From NCBI GenBank assembly GCA_951406725.2, contig OX597832.1, positions 36,022,001-36,086,000 on the forward strand: a DNA stretch of 64,000 nt. Reading direction: 5' to 3'. The translations under genes were made by a program, and so were the position numbers. The notes under the pieces are model-generated. The model saw nothing but the letters and a program-made list of their open reading frames with translations. It was not told the origin of the DNA and did not search any database. The stretch comes from Octopus vulgaris (Eukaryota). This document shows, piece by piece, positions 14,762-28,807 of this stretch (position 1 is the stretch's first letter; every line of letters starts with the position of its first letter).

Positions 14762-16430
14762 CACATATATATATATGTATATATTTGTGTATATCTATAT
14801 TTATACATACATATATATACATGTGCATACATACACACACACAAATATATATATATGTATATGTATGGATATATATATATACACACACGTACACACACAT
14901 GATATACAAACACATACACACACATATTCATATTTTTGTATGCGTGTTTGTTCGTGTGTGGTGTCAGCTGTGTGTGCGTGGGGGTGACTGTTCGTGTGTG
15001 TGGGTGTTTGAAGCGTGCGTTTGAGAACGTATTCATGCTTCTAATTGTATTTTATGATTTTATAACTGAACTGTTACAAATGAATAATTTCGAATTCTAT
15101 CTATCTATCTGTTTATCTATCTATATATCTATATATTACATACATATAAAAGGGATGACCTGAAAGTGGATATCCATTATACTAGAAGAAGATCCGCTTT
15201 TGTCTTGCCACTAAGAAAGGAATGTTCTCAAGAAAATTTAGTAAGAACGTAAGCGAGCAAGACAAATGAAAAGATACAAAATATAGATTAATCACAAACC
15301 AGTTCCCGTTGTTAATCTATTACATAATCATCTACGTAATCATCCGCAAACTCGTCAGTGTGATCGTCTTAGTAACTATGATTTGAAGAACTATACACGA
15401 GACGTCTGCATGAGATTGAACATGTATACAGTTCTGCCAATTACAATTGGAGTCACTTTTCAAAAGGCTTCGTTTTGAAAAGTGACTCCAATTGTAATTA
15501 GTAGAACTGTACACACACACACACACACACACATTTATAAAATGTTTATTGGTGTTATCTGCCTTACCACATGTTTTATAATTAAGCAAATTATACTTAC
15601 CAAATTTATTCATATCTTTTTTGCTACTCATAAAATCTTTGTCATCTGATGAAAGTAGGCTTGAGAAGACTATAGATTTGCAACGGGAACCTAATGAGAC
15701 TGGAAAAAAAAAACAATGTCACTGTGCCTTCAAACAAAATTCAGACTTCTCTTTTAAGTTTGGACATTCTGTGAACGGCAGAGTATTAACATTCGTACCC
15801 TGTATTGGCGTGTTTATATTGTAATGATGTCAATATCTTGTCCACACATCAAGATGAAACGATACCAGTAATAAACTTTATACAGCTGATTGCATGTCAT
15901 CGTCTGTGAAAATGTAGCAAGGAAAATTAGGCAAAGTGAATATCCAAAGTCGTTTCTTCCTGTTATCCTTCACTTACACATTCAACCATTCCTTTCCGCT
16001 CATGTTTCTAACATACATCGCAGAGCAGAAACGTCATCTCTTCCCAATCACCCCATGTGACGTGTTACATGTTACCAACGTTCACATTGTGACAATAACC
16101 AAACTATTTTGCAATAGAACTTCCATGAAAATACTTGGAGGCAGTAAAAGGATTAAAAAAAAAATTTTGGTATTATTCCAATTAAATTTACCGCTTCTTA
16201 AGTATTCATATTTCACATTTCTCATAAACATTTTACTAAACAAATTCCTGCTGTTTTCTTTTTACATTAAATCAAATTATATTTCATGAGAACCGAAAGA
16301 GAAATAACTTCGTTATAAAACGATTTTCGGAAAAATTGCTTCTACATAATATATTGTGCACTTTAATTGCAGCTTATACAATTTTATCTTTCTCACTTAC
16401 TACACGCACGCACAGACACGCGTTCCCATG

Positions 16431-16462
<32 letters not shown>

Positions 16463-16528
16463 TGTATGTATGTATGTATGTATGTATGTATGTATGTATG
16501 TATGTATGTACATACATACATATGTGTG

Positions 16529-16569
<41 letters not shown>

Positions 16570-17026
16570 TTACATATGTATGTATATCATTGTGCATGTC
16601 TGCCTACCTTTATGGCAATGTGTCCTTACATAAATGTGTTTGTGTGTGCTTTTATATTTTTATCTTTACATGGAAATTTTGATTTATATATTCATTCATG
16701 TATATGTATGCACAGCACGCTCCCTCCCTCTCTCTCTCTATTTCTCACTCTCTCTCCCAATCCCTATATGTATGTATGTATGTATGTATGCACGTATGTA
16801 GGTATACCTGTATGCATTTTGTGTTTTGCGTGTGTTTCGGTATATTGCCGTCACATATATTACTCACGATAAGGGAGAATTTGTTATAGAAACGATCAGT
16901 TTTCTTTCTCGTCGATCAAGAACTCGTTATTATTGACAACTGAAAAGTTATTATCTCACCTAACTTTGACTCCGCTCTTTTCTGATAATATTGTTGTTTT
17001 TATTTTTGTCATTATTGCTGTTATTG

Positions 17027-17075
<49 letters not shown>

Positions 17076-17565
17076 AGATATTGATTTTTCTCGTTACTTT
17101 TCCTGATATCATGTATCCGTATATTAGACTTCGTTAAGACTGTTTCTGTCGTCTGTTTGGAAATTATTTTTGAATTATGTTTCGTCTGCCATTTTGTTTC
17201 TCTGCTTAATCATGTTATTCGATTTGCTATGGCCAGAGATGTTTTCTACTGACAAAATCTCGACAAATGAAACTGCAATTTACTATATCCTCACTAATTG
17301 AGCAGACTGTCCACAATTTTAATGTTTCATAAACATTAAATTCTAAAGATTTTATGCTAATTAAAAATATTTTTACATATATTTTTGATTTTATTTCTAA
17401 CATCGTTACCACTATTGCTTCTGTTTAACCCTGCGTTAGCCCTAATTGAGCTGACCTAAGATCAAACCCGATTATACTGTCTTCTCTTTTTATACATTTC
17501 TTGTATTTATTATATATATATAAAAAATATAGCGGTGTACTTACACTTTGGTCTCTTATATGTAA

Positions 17566-17647
<82 letters not shown>

Positions 17648-17653
17648 GTACGT

Positions 17654-17694
<41 letters not shown>

Positions 17695-18864
17695 CATTTT
17701 CTACGACTCTATTATTCTTTCTATTCTTTCAGTCTTTCCTTCTTTCTATCGCCCCTTCACACTTACTTCGTTCTTTCGCCGCCACCCCCACCCCCCCATA
17801 ACATTTCCTGGCCTTCTCTTCATCCCTACATATTATCAATTTCATATTTATAGACATAAGTTACGTAAGAACATAGTTTTTGTACATTTTTATTTTCATT
17901 CGTATTTTTTATTTTCATCTTTATTTTTTATTTTATTTTTGTAATTTTTTATTTGAATTAAATTATGGCTTATACAGTAGGGTCCGGCGAACCTATTTTA
18001 CACATACTTATTAGTTTAAAAAAAATTTAAATTAAAATATAGTTTATAGTATCAAACTATGAGAAAGTGATATAGGGGCCAGATGATTGGGGTTATATTT
18101 TATGAATGGTTCCAGCAAAACACGGCGTGGTTAAGGAACCGGGAAATGTACCTCAAGAAACACGTGCAGCCAAGTTATAAAGAAGTAAATATTTAAATTA
18201 AAATTCTTTTATATGGTGGGATGAAGGGGCCTACTATCTCTAAATGAAAATATATATTTCCTCATTGAGAATAATTTGAACCCCTGTTATGCCGGAATTT
18301 TTATTCCCCAACAAATAAAATAAAAAATATATATATATATATGCATTAATACGTACATAAATTTAGTTACACTTTATCACCACTGACCAGCTGTCTGTTG
18401 TATCATATTGATTCTTGTTAATTCTCTAAGGAATTCTTTGACCAACTGCTATGCTTAATTGTTGAATATGTTTTTTTATAAATTTTTATTCTTTCTCTAA
18501 GACTTCAGATATTTTCTTTGAGACCAAAGTTTTCGTCATGGGTCCCGTACATACTAGCATTGGCCACCGTATGTGGACTCTCATGTCTAAGGGGCACACT
18601 TGAGATCGGGCAACCTGGCAACCTGGCCAGGACGCCATTGTATATATATATATATATATATATAAAATCAAAATACGCAACAGGATATCAAGTAGTGATG
18701 CAGTACGACCGTTTCATGCGACTCCATTTAATTGAACAATGCAATCATTATATCAATTTAAATGCAGCTGCACAATAGATAAATAAATGGAATATTAACC
18801 AGTAGGACACATTAATATAATTTTTCTCAGGCGCATACTCAAGCGGTAGACTATTTTCAACTGC

Positions 18865-18932
18865 GTGACATCTTGGACGAGTATCTTCTATCGCCTCAGG
18901 CCGACCAAAATGGAAGAAGCCTGTCGTATGCG

Positions 18933-18975
<43 letters not shown>

Positions 18976-19203
18976 ATGTGTATATATTTATATATATGTC
19001 TTTGTGTGTCTGTATTTGTGTTTCCCCACCACCATCGCTTGGCAACAGATGTTAGTATGCTTACGCCCCGTAATTGCCAAAGAAACCGATAGAATAAGTA
19101 CTAGTCTTACAAAGAATAAGTCCTGAGGTCGATTTGTTCGACTAAAGGCGGTGCTACAGCATGGCCGCAGTCAAATGACTGAAACAAGTAAAATAATAAA
19201 AGA
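18865..19203 (+). mobile_element. SINE family A, 5'-truncated
   Basis: Body and tail match 12505-12904. Confidence 0.8.
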
Positions 19204-19252
19204 ATATATATGTGTATGTGTATGTGCGTATATATGTGTGTGAGTATATATG

Positions 19253-19347
<95 letters not shown>

Positions 19348-19512
19348 TTCATTAGTCTATTGCCCTCAGTGTTGTTATTGCTATGCCGTGTTTTGGCAAA
19401 TGTCCATCGTTTAATGAAACACAGGAGAGTATGTGTATTCACATTGACGCGCTTACATTCATACAAATACATAAACATAGAGACACCGGTGTATGCAAAG
19501 ACATACAGACAG

Positions 19513-22277
19513 ATGTATGTATGTATGATATGTATGTATGTATGTATGTTATGTATGTATGTATGTATGTATGTATGTATGTATGTATGTATGTATGTAT
19601 GTATGTATGTATGTATGTATGTATGTATGTATGTATGTATGTATGTATGTATGTATGTATGTATGTATGTATGTATGTATGTATGTATGTATGTATGTAT
19701 GTATGTATGTATGTATGTATGTATGTATGTATGTATGTATGTATGTATGTATGTATGTATGTATGTATGTATGTATGTATGTATGTATGTATGTATGTAT
19801 GTATGTATGTATGTATGTATGTATGTATGTATGTATGTATGTATGTATGTATGTATGTATGTATGTATGTATGTATGTATGTATGTATGTATGTATGTAT
19901 GTATGTATGTATGTATGTATGTATGTATGTATGTATGTATGTATGTATGTATGTATGTATGTATGTATGTATGTATGTATGTATGTATGTATGTATGTAT
20001 GTATGTATGTATGTATGTATGTATGTATGTATGTATGTATGTATGTATGTATGTATGTATGTATGTATGTATGTATGTATGTATGTATGTATGTATGTAT
20101 GTATGTATGTATGTATGTATGTATGTATGTACGTGTATGTATGTACGTGTATACGTACGTACGTATGTACGACGTGTACGTGTATGTATGTATGTACGTG
20201 CAGCATGTACGCACGCATATGTACGTACGTATGTACGTATGTATGTAGTACGACGTATGTACGCACGCATGTACGCACGACGCACGCACGCACGCAGCAT
20301 GCATGCACGCACGCACGTACGCATGTATGTATGCACGCAGCACGCACGCCGACGTATGTATGTATGCATGCATGTACGTATGTACGCATGTATGTATGTA
20401 TGTACGTATGTATGTATGTACGTACGTACGTACGTACGTACGTACGTACGTATGCACGTACGTATGCATGCATGTATGTATGTACGTATGTATGTACGGC
20501 ACGCATGTACGACGTATGTACGTACGTACGCACGCACGTATACACGTATGCACGCACGCACGCACGTCGTATGTATGTATGTACGTACGTATGTATGTAT
20601 GTATGTATGTATGTACGCACGTACGCACGTGACGACGTACGTACGCACGCAGACGCGAGACGCACGCACGCGCACGCACGTACGCACGCACGTACGTACG
20701 TACGTACGCACGCACGCACGCACGTACGCACGCACGCACGCACGCACGCACGTACACGTACGTACGTACGTACGCACGTACGTACGCACGTACGTACGTA
20801 CGTACGTACGTACGTACGTACGTACGTACGCACGCACGTACGTACGTACGTACGCACGTACGTACGCACGCACGCACGTACGCACGCACGTACGTACGCA
20901 CGCACGCACGCACGTACGTACGTACGCACGTACGTACGTACGTACGCACGCACGCACGTACGTACGCACGTACGTACGTACGTACGTACGTACGCACGTA
21001 CGTACGTACGTACGTACGTACGTACGCATGCACGCACGTACGCACGCACGCACGTACGTACGTACGCACGTACGTACGTACGTACGCACGCACGTACGCA
21101 CGTACGTACGCACGTACGTACGCACGCACGCACGTACGCACGCACGCACGCACGTACGTACGTACGCACGTACGTACGTACGTACGTACGTACGTACGCA
21201 CGCACGTACGTACGTACGCACGTACGTACGTACGTACGTACGTACGCACGTACGTACGTACGTACGTACGTACGTACGTACGTACGTACGTACGTACGTA
21301 CGTACGCACGCACGCACGCACGTACGTACGTACGCACGTACGTACGTACGCACGTACGTACGTACGTACGTACGTACGCACGCACGTACGTACGTACGTA
21401 CGTACGCACGTACGTACGTACGCACGTACGTACGTACGTACGTACGTACGTACGTACGTACGTACGTACGTACGTACGTACGTACGTACGTACGTACGTA
21501 CGTACGTACGTACGTACGTACGCACGTACGTACGTACGTACGTACGTACGTACGTACGTACGTACGTACGTACGTACGTACGTACGTATGTATGTACGTA
21601 CGTACGTACGTATGTATGTACGTACGTATGTATGTATGTATGATGTATGTATGTATGTACGTACGTATGTATGTATGTATGTATGTATGTATGTATGTAT
21701 GTATGTATGTATGTATGTATGAATGTATGTATGTATGTATGTATGTATGTATGTATGTATGTATGTATGTATGTATGTATGTATGTATGTATGTATGTAT
21801 GTATGTATGTATGTATGTATGTATGTATGTATGTATGTATGTATGTATGTATGTATGTATGTATGTATGTATGTATGTATGTATGTATGTATGTATGTAT
21901 GTATGTATGTATGTATGTATGTATGTATGTATGTATGTATGTATGTATGTATGTATGTATGTGTGTATGTGTGTATGTGTGTATTTATGTATGTATGTAT
22001 GTATGTATGTATGTATGTATGTATGTATGTATGTATGTATGTATGTATGTATGTATGTATGTATGTATGTATGTATGTATGTATGTATGTATGTATGTAT
22101 GTATGTATGTATGTATGTATGTATGTATGTATGTATGTATGTATGTATGTATGTATGTATGTATGTATGTATGTATGTATGTATGTATGTATGTATGTAT
22201 GTATGTATGTATGTATGTATGTATGTATGTATGTATGTATGTATGTATGTATGTATGTATGTATGTATGTATGTATG

Positions 22278-22310
<33 letters not shown>
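19513..22310. repeat. 2.8-kb (TATG)n - (TACG/CACG)n - (TATG)n compound tetranucleotide array
   Basis: Pure TATG at ~19550-20130, mixed 20131-20760, TACG/CACG 20760-21587, then TATG from 21667 to 22310. Confidence 0.95.
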
Positions 22311-22984
22311 GTTTAGATAGATACACATATATGCTTATAAGCATTCTCTCTCACAAACTTAATACATAAACAAACACTTACATAAACACACACACCATTT
22401 ATATATATATAGTGTGTATGTGTGTGTGTGTGTCTGTGTATGTGTGTTTGTGTGTGTGTGTTTGTGTATGTGTGTGTGTGTGTGTAGATATAGATATACA
22501 CGCTTTGTGCAGGCACATGTGCATAATACTAACATATATATTGTGTGTATATAGCTGTCTGTAGCTGTTGTTTGTCCAAGATCATCTTTGATTAAGCAAG
22601 AATATGTTTAGAAAGGCTTTCCAGCTGTGACCATCCCATTCTTTTGGGAAAAGCAGCATTCAGTGCGTCGTTCAATTTTCAAGATGTTCAGGTGGGATTT
22701 CAGTGACCGCAGAGAGTTTTCTTACCTGAGGCATATGAACATAGAAGACTACCACCAAGCAGGTATATTTAAACAGAAATGCGCTTGTGAAAGATGACTC
22801 CAGCACACATATTTATGTGTAGATGCAAGCGTGGTTGTGTTTATACATGTAAATATATATGCATATACATGTGTCTGTGCACGTTTGTATCTCTTCATGT
22901 ACATGTGTGTGTGTGTGTGTGTGTCTGTATGTATGCATTTATGTATGTAATTAGTACAGTGAATTTATGGTGAGGAGTGGAAAA

Positions 22985-23017
22985 TCCAACGTTTCGGACA
23001 GTGTCCTTCTTCGGGAA
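22985..23017 (-). ncRNA. Minimal type I hammerhead motif (core variant CCGAAGA)
   Basis: Minus strand: TTC-CCGAAGA-A-GGAC(ACT)GTCC-GAAAC-GTT^-GGA. Confidence 0.5.
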
Positions 23018-23150
23018 AAGTGGGAAAATATATGAAAGACAGCAAACTTTTACATCATTTAAGTTTAGATAAAACTGGTTGCAACACGATTTTGCAACAC
23101 ATAATAAGTCTCTTTGGAGTCTATTTGATCATATATACATATGTATGTAC

Positions 23151-23229
<79 letters not shown>

Positions 23230-23259
23230 CATATATACATATACATAAGTATGTATGTA

Positions 23260-23805
23260 CAGTAGTGAGCAATAAAAGAGAACGATTAATATATTTTAAA
23301 TGTCAGGAAAGCTGGTGAACGTACAAATTCGTAACTGGTTTTGTGAACACGGTTAACCATTCGCTAAATTCTCTGAAAATCTAAGTTTGTACAACGGTCT
23401 TAATAAAAGTTAATAACACTAATACTTGTTTTGTCCAAATGTCTCAAGTACAAAATAAGAGAAAGATTAGATTCCTTCAGAAATCTCTGGAAATTTCAAA
23501 CGTTGTTTACATTTGCAGGCTCACTGGCACTACCGTCTCAGTATTGTGCTAGCTTCCGAGCATGGCACACCACGCTAAAGTTACTCCCGATCTCCGAAAA
23601 GAAATTGTCAGGATGAAAGTTTCAGGAATGACTCTCTCAGCTATTTCACAAGACATAAGGAGATCTAAGAGTGTAGTTTCGTGTGTCCTTAAGCTCTATG
23701 AAGAAAGTAAAGGTTTTGAACCGAAAAAGGCAACTGGTAGACGACACAAAACCCCCATGCGAAATGATCGAGCCATGAAAGATCCTTTCGAGACTGCGAC
23801 TGACA
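23260..23805 (+). mobile_element. Tc1-like DNA transposon 5' part (left TIR and N-terminal DNA-binding domain, ORF from 23562)
   Basis: Begins TA|CAGT. ORF MAHHAKVTPDLRKEIVRMKVSGMTLSAISQDIRRSKSVVSCVLKLYEE...TGRRHKT shows a paired-like HTH and a GRPR-like motif. Confidence 0.75.
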
Positions 23806-24003
23806 CAATACTCTTTTACTTATAAAATATATTTTAAAATATATCAAAACTATGTAAACTGTGTGCATTTTCGTTCTTGTTTTATTTATATTTCCTGAGC
23901 GCCATACTAATACAATTGTTTGTTTGTATTCCACCTGCCTTCGTCTTTTGTTTATTTCCGTAAACCTGCCTTCGTCTTTTGTCTATTTTCATAAAGCTTC
24001 CCG

Positions 24004-24049
<46 letters not shown>

Positions 24050-24116
24050 CGTTACAACTCACCACGTGGGGATAATCGAAATTCTCCTCCTTCTGTTCTT
24101 ACTATATATATATATA

Positions 24117-24313
24117 ATGTGACCTCGTGTGTACCGTTGGCGATTTTTTTTCCTCCGTCTACCCTTCTCTGAATCTTTCCTTTTCCTATGTTTCTGACGA
24201 AGAGCTACGCTCGAAACGTAAAACCCTCCTTCTTCCCTTCCTTCCTGAGCGTCCAATAATACTATATTTGTTCCATGTTCTCGCGTTGTTGTGTTTTCAT
24301 GTTTGGATTAACT
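24117..24313 (+). mobile_element. Short hammerhead-bearing Penelope-like element between (TA)n tracts
   Basis: Same layout as 1472-1669 (HHR, then TTCCTGAGCG..AATAC, then TA). Related HHR-less 3' pieces at 23860-24005 (+) and 30158-30260 (-). Confidence 0.65.
24190..24224 (+). ncRNA. Minimal type I hammerhead ribozyme with intact core
   Basis: GTTT-CTGACGA-A-GAGC(TAC)GCTC-GAAAC-GTA^-AAAC; helix III is the palindrome ACGT. Confidence 0.75.
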
Positions 24314-24469
24314 ATATATATATGCACACACACACACACACACACACATACACCTGCATCATTAATTATGGGATTTTACAGATTTTTGGTGCCAAATATG
24401 ATCCATGGAGGTTTATGTTCATAAGTTCATATATTTATGTGTTTCTGCAAATAATGTGGTGTCATGAAT

Positions 24470-25267
24470 ATTCTTCTGTAATATTCCTGTCGTATTTTCC
24501 CTTCATAGTAGCACGTTACATACCGTCTCCATCGTTTATCCCCAGGTATTTATAGCTTTCTTGTAGGTCAAGCTTCTTGATGTTAGTGTCAGTACCTAAT
24601 TTAATGGAAGCTGTTTGCTTGAGCTTTCCTCTTAGCACACTTATCAAAGCCAAAATCCATTCCGATGACATTGCTGAATTCTTTAACAGTTGTTAAAAGC
24701 CCTATTAGCTCTTCCTCATTACTAGCAAACAGCTTCAGATCGTCCATATAAAACCGATGATTTACTATAATATTATACATTTTGAACCCATACCTGGTGT
24801 TACTCAGTTCCTTTGAGAGAGGGATCAGTGCCATGCAAAAGAGTAATGGGGGAGAGGGAGTCACCTTGAAAGTTGCCTCGCTTGATGCTGGTGTTGTTAG
24901 ATTGGCTCACCTCCTTACTATGGTTTTAGAAGGAGACGGGTATTCCTTTTGGCCAAGCTACCTTGTAAGAATTTGGAGACTTCAGGAGAGATCTTCTATA
25001 TCTCAAGGGCCTTGAGTAGCCAATTATGTAGCACACTATCAAACGCTTCCCTGTAGTCTATCCATGCCATACTCAGGTTCTTCTTGTTGCTCCGGCAATT
25101 CTCTACAATCATTTTATTTATGAGTAATTTATCTTTGCAGCCATAAGAATCCCTTTTACAACTTTTTTAAGCTTGTGGAAGGATAGAGTTCTGTTCCAGA
25201 TAAGCGTATATTCTTTCATTTAGTATGGATGTGAGGATCTTATAGGTGGTGTCGAGACATGTAATTG
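24470..25267 (-). mobile_element. R4/Dong-like LINE reverse-transcriptase fragment (decayed)
   Basis: PITCL..TYKILTS, GCKDKLLINK, MAWIDYREAFDSV, FQGDSLS/PLLFCMALIPLS, NHRFYMDDLKLFA, GMDFGFDKC, YKYLG. An (ATT)n tract lies at 25300-25390. Confidence 0.85.
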
Positions 25268-25301
25268 GTCGGTCGTTCTTTGAATTTTGCGTGTCTTCAG
25301 A

Positions 25302-25382
<81 letters not shown>

Positions 25383-25392
25383 GTTATTATTG

Positions 25393-25563
25393 TTTAAAAC
25401 AGTTTGATTTGGTTCCGTGCTACTTCAAGTATCACAGACCCCTCTTGGGAGCCCGACTCCTTTAGGCTTTTTAAATGATTAATGGAGAGCCTGAGGGCGT
25501 CGGGCTTCCGTTAGGCGCCTGTGAAACTTGAAGTAACATGGAACCGAATCAAAGTCTTTTAAA
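25393..25563. repeat. ~170-bp imperfect fold-back (inverted repeat)
   Basis: TTTGATTTGGTTCCGTGCTACTTCAAGTATCACAG...GAGCCCGAC pairs with GTCGGGCTT...CTGTGAAACTTGAAGTAACATGGAACCGAATCAAA. Confidence 0.85.
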
Positions 25564-25694
25564 TAATACCTGTAACTCCTACTAAATGTGTTGAGTGCCC
25601 TTTTCTTTCGTTTGTCCATTCACTCGTATATATATATATATATATATATATATACTTGTATTTCGGCATCGTCATTCTTTTTTTTTTTTTTTTT

Positions 25695-25835
25695 GTCAGA
25701 CATCTGTGACCCCTTCAGCGACATTATCCGTCTTCGTGCGTGCTCCTGTTCTGCTTAGTTCATTCTGTGGACTAAGAGGAGCAGGAGCACAAACCAGGAC
25801 GGAAAGTGTCACTGAAGAGGTCGCAGATGTGTGAC
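25695..25835. repeat. ~140-bp imperfect fold-back whose right arm carries a hammerhead core
   Basis: GTCAGACATCTGTGACCCCTTCAGCGACA...CTTAGTTC pairs with GGACTAAG...TGTCACTGAAGAGGTCGCAGATGTGTGAC. Confidence 0.85.
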
Positions 25836-25851
25836 GAAAGATTTCCGGACA
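25807..25851 (+). ncRNA. Type I hammerhead motif (helices I and III imperfect)
   Basis: TGTCA-CTGAAGA-G-GTCGCA(GATG)TGTGAC-GAAAG-ATTTC^-CGGACA. Confidence 0.55.
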
Positions 25852-25995
25852 ACGGACATGAGATAGAATAAGAACAGTAATAAACGAGTGAAGAACGAGT
25901 ATATAGTGCGTGTGTTTATTTGACAAAAGAGAAAATGACCATCCACGATTTCACATCAGGAATCTTGCAACACAAATTCATAAACGTATATATGC

Positions 25996-26029
<34 letters not shown>

Positions 26030-26694
26030 TACTTTGTATCCAAAAGAGATTGTATGTACTCAGTACACCGTGTAGAGTATATATAAGTGTCTTCTCTGTC
26101 GTGCGTCTCCACCCTCCAGTCACTGCAAATATCAGTGGAGCGACATTTGGATATTTCGATCTGGTTATATTTTATGAGCAAACGCGATAGTTATCACTTG
26201 TAGTGGTTAGTTTCTAAATATTATTTTAGCTTCGGTGGTGTTGTTTTTGTTTTGTTTTTTCTTTCGATTTTGAACAGGTTGTCGCCTTCTAGTGGCTAAT
26301 TCATCGATTAGTCTCTGTTAGTCGAGTCGGTTATTATATCCGGTCGCTCTAGATTGTTCTTCATTTTCATTATTTGATTACCAAGAGTTGCGTCTTTTAT
26401 ATAATATTGCAGTGTTGTCGCTTTTCATACTATAATCCGTCGGTTGTTTTGTCTCTATTAAGTGATTTCGTTATTGTATCCGGTTTTCCTAAAGTGTTAT
26501 TTTGTTGATCTCTTTATAGACTATATATATGTATGTATATATATATATGTATGTATGTATATATATAAATGTATGTATGTATATATGTATGTTTGTGTGT
26601 TCGTATGTATAAGTATGCATGTAAATGTATGTTACATGCATATATATAAATGTGTGTTTATGTATATGTACGTATGTATGTATCTTGAATGCAC

Positions 26695-26755
<61 letters not shown>

Positions 26756-27814
26756 CATGTGTGCGCGTGTGTGTGTGTGCATGTGTTTTCTGTCTGCTAT
26801 CGCTAAATTCTTTCATTTTGTCGTCTTCTGTGCAAAAACCTATCCGACAGTGCTTATGTAAATTTGCTATTCTCTCTTGACATGCTCTGTGTATTCAGTA
26901 TCTCTAAAGTAGTCTTTTTATAGCTTCATTCGCAGTTCATTTTGTTTCTCTTGCTCGATCTGCGTTGTTATTCCATTGAATTCCATATATCCATCGTTCT
27001 ACTCATATCCCCTTTGTTATTACCGAATCAGATTTTCCGATTCCTTTGTGATTTGGGTCAATTTGGAAGACGAATTTGTTTTCGTGTCAATATTGTTATT
27101 GACACCGCAAGTAAACATTATATTGTATTTTTCGACGGTGCACAGGGTCACGGGGTCACAGGACAGTTTGCCTGATACTACATTAAAAGACACCATCGTT
27201 TGTTATTGTGCAGTTTAAATAGGTTTATATGTATCTACACATTGGCGTATCATGTGTGTGTATAATTTCCCGTTTCCTTCTCTATACACTGTAAAGCGTG
27301 TTTGGCTTTGTCCACCCGACTTTTGCTCCGATATAGTATTTATCACTTTTCCCCCTTGTGAGCTGTAGATATCAAGACATCTTGTAATTTGTGACTTGGG
27401 AAACACGTTCTCAGTGTCTTGTACAACCGCACTCACTTTTTACATTATTCATATTGCAAACTGTGTGATTCTGGATGGTATTTTGAGATTTTAGTGTCAA
27501 GAAGATATTTTGTCAAGTATGTCGTTGGAGTTGGTCTGATTGGTCGGCCGAACCACATTATTTTACTTTTCCTTGTATTTTTTCTTTATTTTAAAAGCTT
27601 CTGCTAAGTTGAGTACGAATTCGAATTCTTATTTTGGAAACTTCATTGTAGCATGAAGCAACTTGATTGAATATTGTTTTCTCATTGGATATTGTGAAGA
27701 TCTGTAGATTATTAGAATTTACAATTAGAGTTTTTATTATTTACAGGTGGGTAGTTGAAATACTTGTTCATACATCATTTCTGTCTCTCCATACGTACAT
27801 ACACACATACACTC

Positions 27815-27909
<95 letters not shown>

Positions 27910-27939
27910 CGTGTGTGTATGTATATATATATATGCATT

Positions 27940-28270
27940 AGCACGGGTACGCAGAAATTCCGGGATGGTGTCCGGCGTGCTGAAAGACCACTGGAAGTGA
28001 GGCGCCCCTCAGCTTTTGTTAAAGCATGTCTCTAGGAGAAGGTCACTCTGATATAAAACCAGATATGCAGGGAATGGCATTGGACATTTTGGGGATCTTT
28101 GGTTTGTGCGAGAGATCACGGCGCTCCCACATCCCTGAGCCTGCGACTCATATTGGCACCAGACATCTTGCTTCGGCTTGTCTCTGGATAATGTCAATAA
28201 AGTGGAGAGGATCTATGAGGTGTTGTGCAAGCCTTATTGGACCTAAAACTCTGCACAGGCATTGCCGATC
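27940..28270 (+). mobile_element. Possible RTE-clade LINE 5' UTR fragment
   Basis: GC-richer island containing CTAGGAGAAGGTCACTCTGATATAAAACC, which resembles a recalled RTE 5' UTR motif. Confidence 0.35.
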
Positions 28271-28433
28271 TCTGCTGAATATGTGCATTTTTTTTCTATA
28301 TATATATATAATCTTATTTTTAGTATATATTGTCTTCAAATATGTGTGGGGCTGCGTGTGAATGCGTGTTTGCGCGTGTGTGTGTCTGTGTGTCTGTCCG
28401 TGAGTGCCCGCGCGTGTATACCTATATGTCTGT

Positions 28434-28492
<59 letters not shown>

Positions 28493-28722
28493 GCAATAAA
28501 TCTATTCTTTAGTGTCTTGCTGTTTTTAAGCCGTTATATTACATTCTATATTTTTTCGCATTCACTGAATTCTTTGAGGAACATTCTTTGAACAGACATT
28601 GTCTGCTCTGTTTGAGAAATCCTATTTCTATTATTTTTATTAAATATGCATGGCATACATAAACACAAGCGTAATATATATGCGTGAATGTGTTGGTAGT
28701 ACACACGCAGCATACGCCCCCC

Positions 28723-28766
<44 letters not shown>

Positions 28767-28807
28767 ATATATGCATGTATGTATATATATAATGTGTATG
28801 TGTGTGT

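Noticed and set aside
19107-22369. ORFs of 650-1073 aa on both strands
   Set aside because: Translations of stop-free (TATG/TACG/CACG)n repeats (YVCM, YVRT, HTYI); no protein signal.
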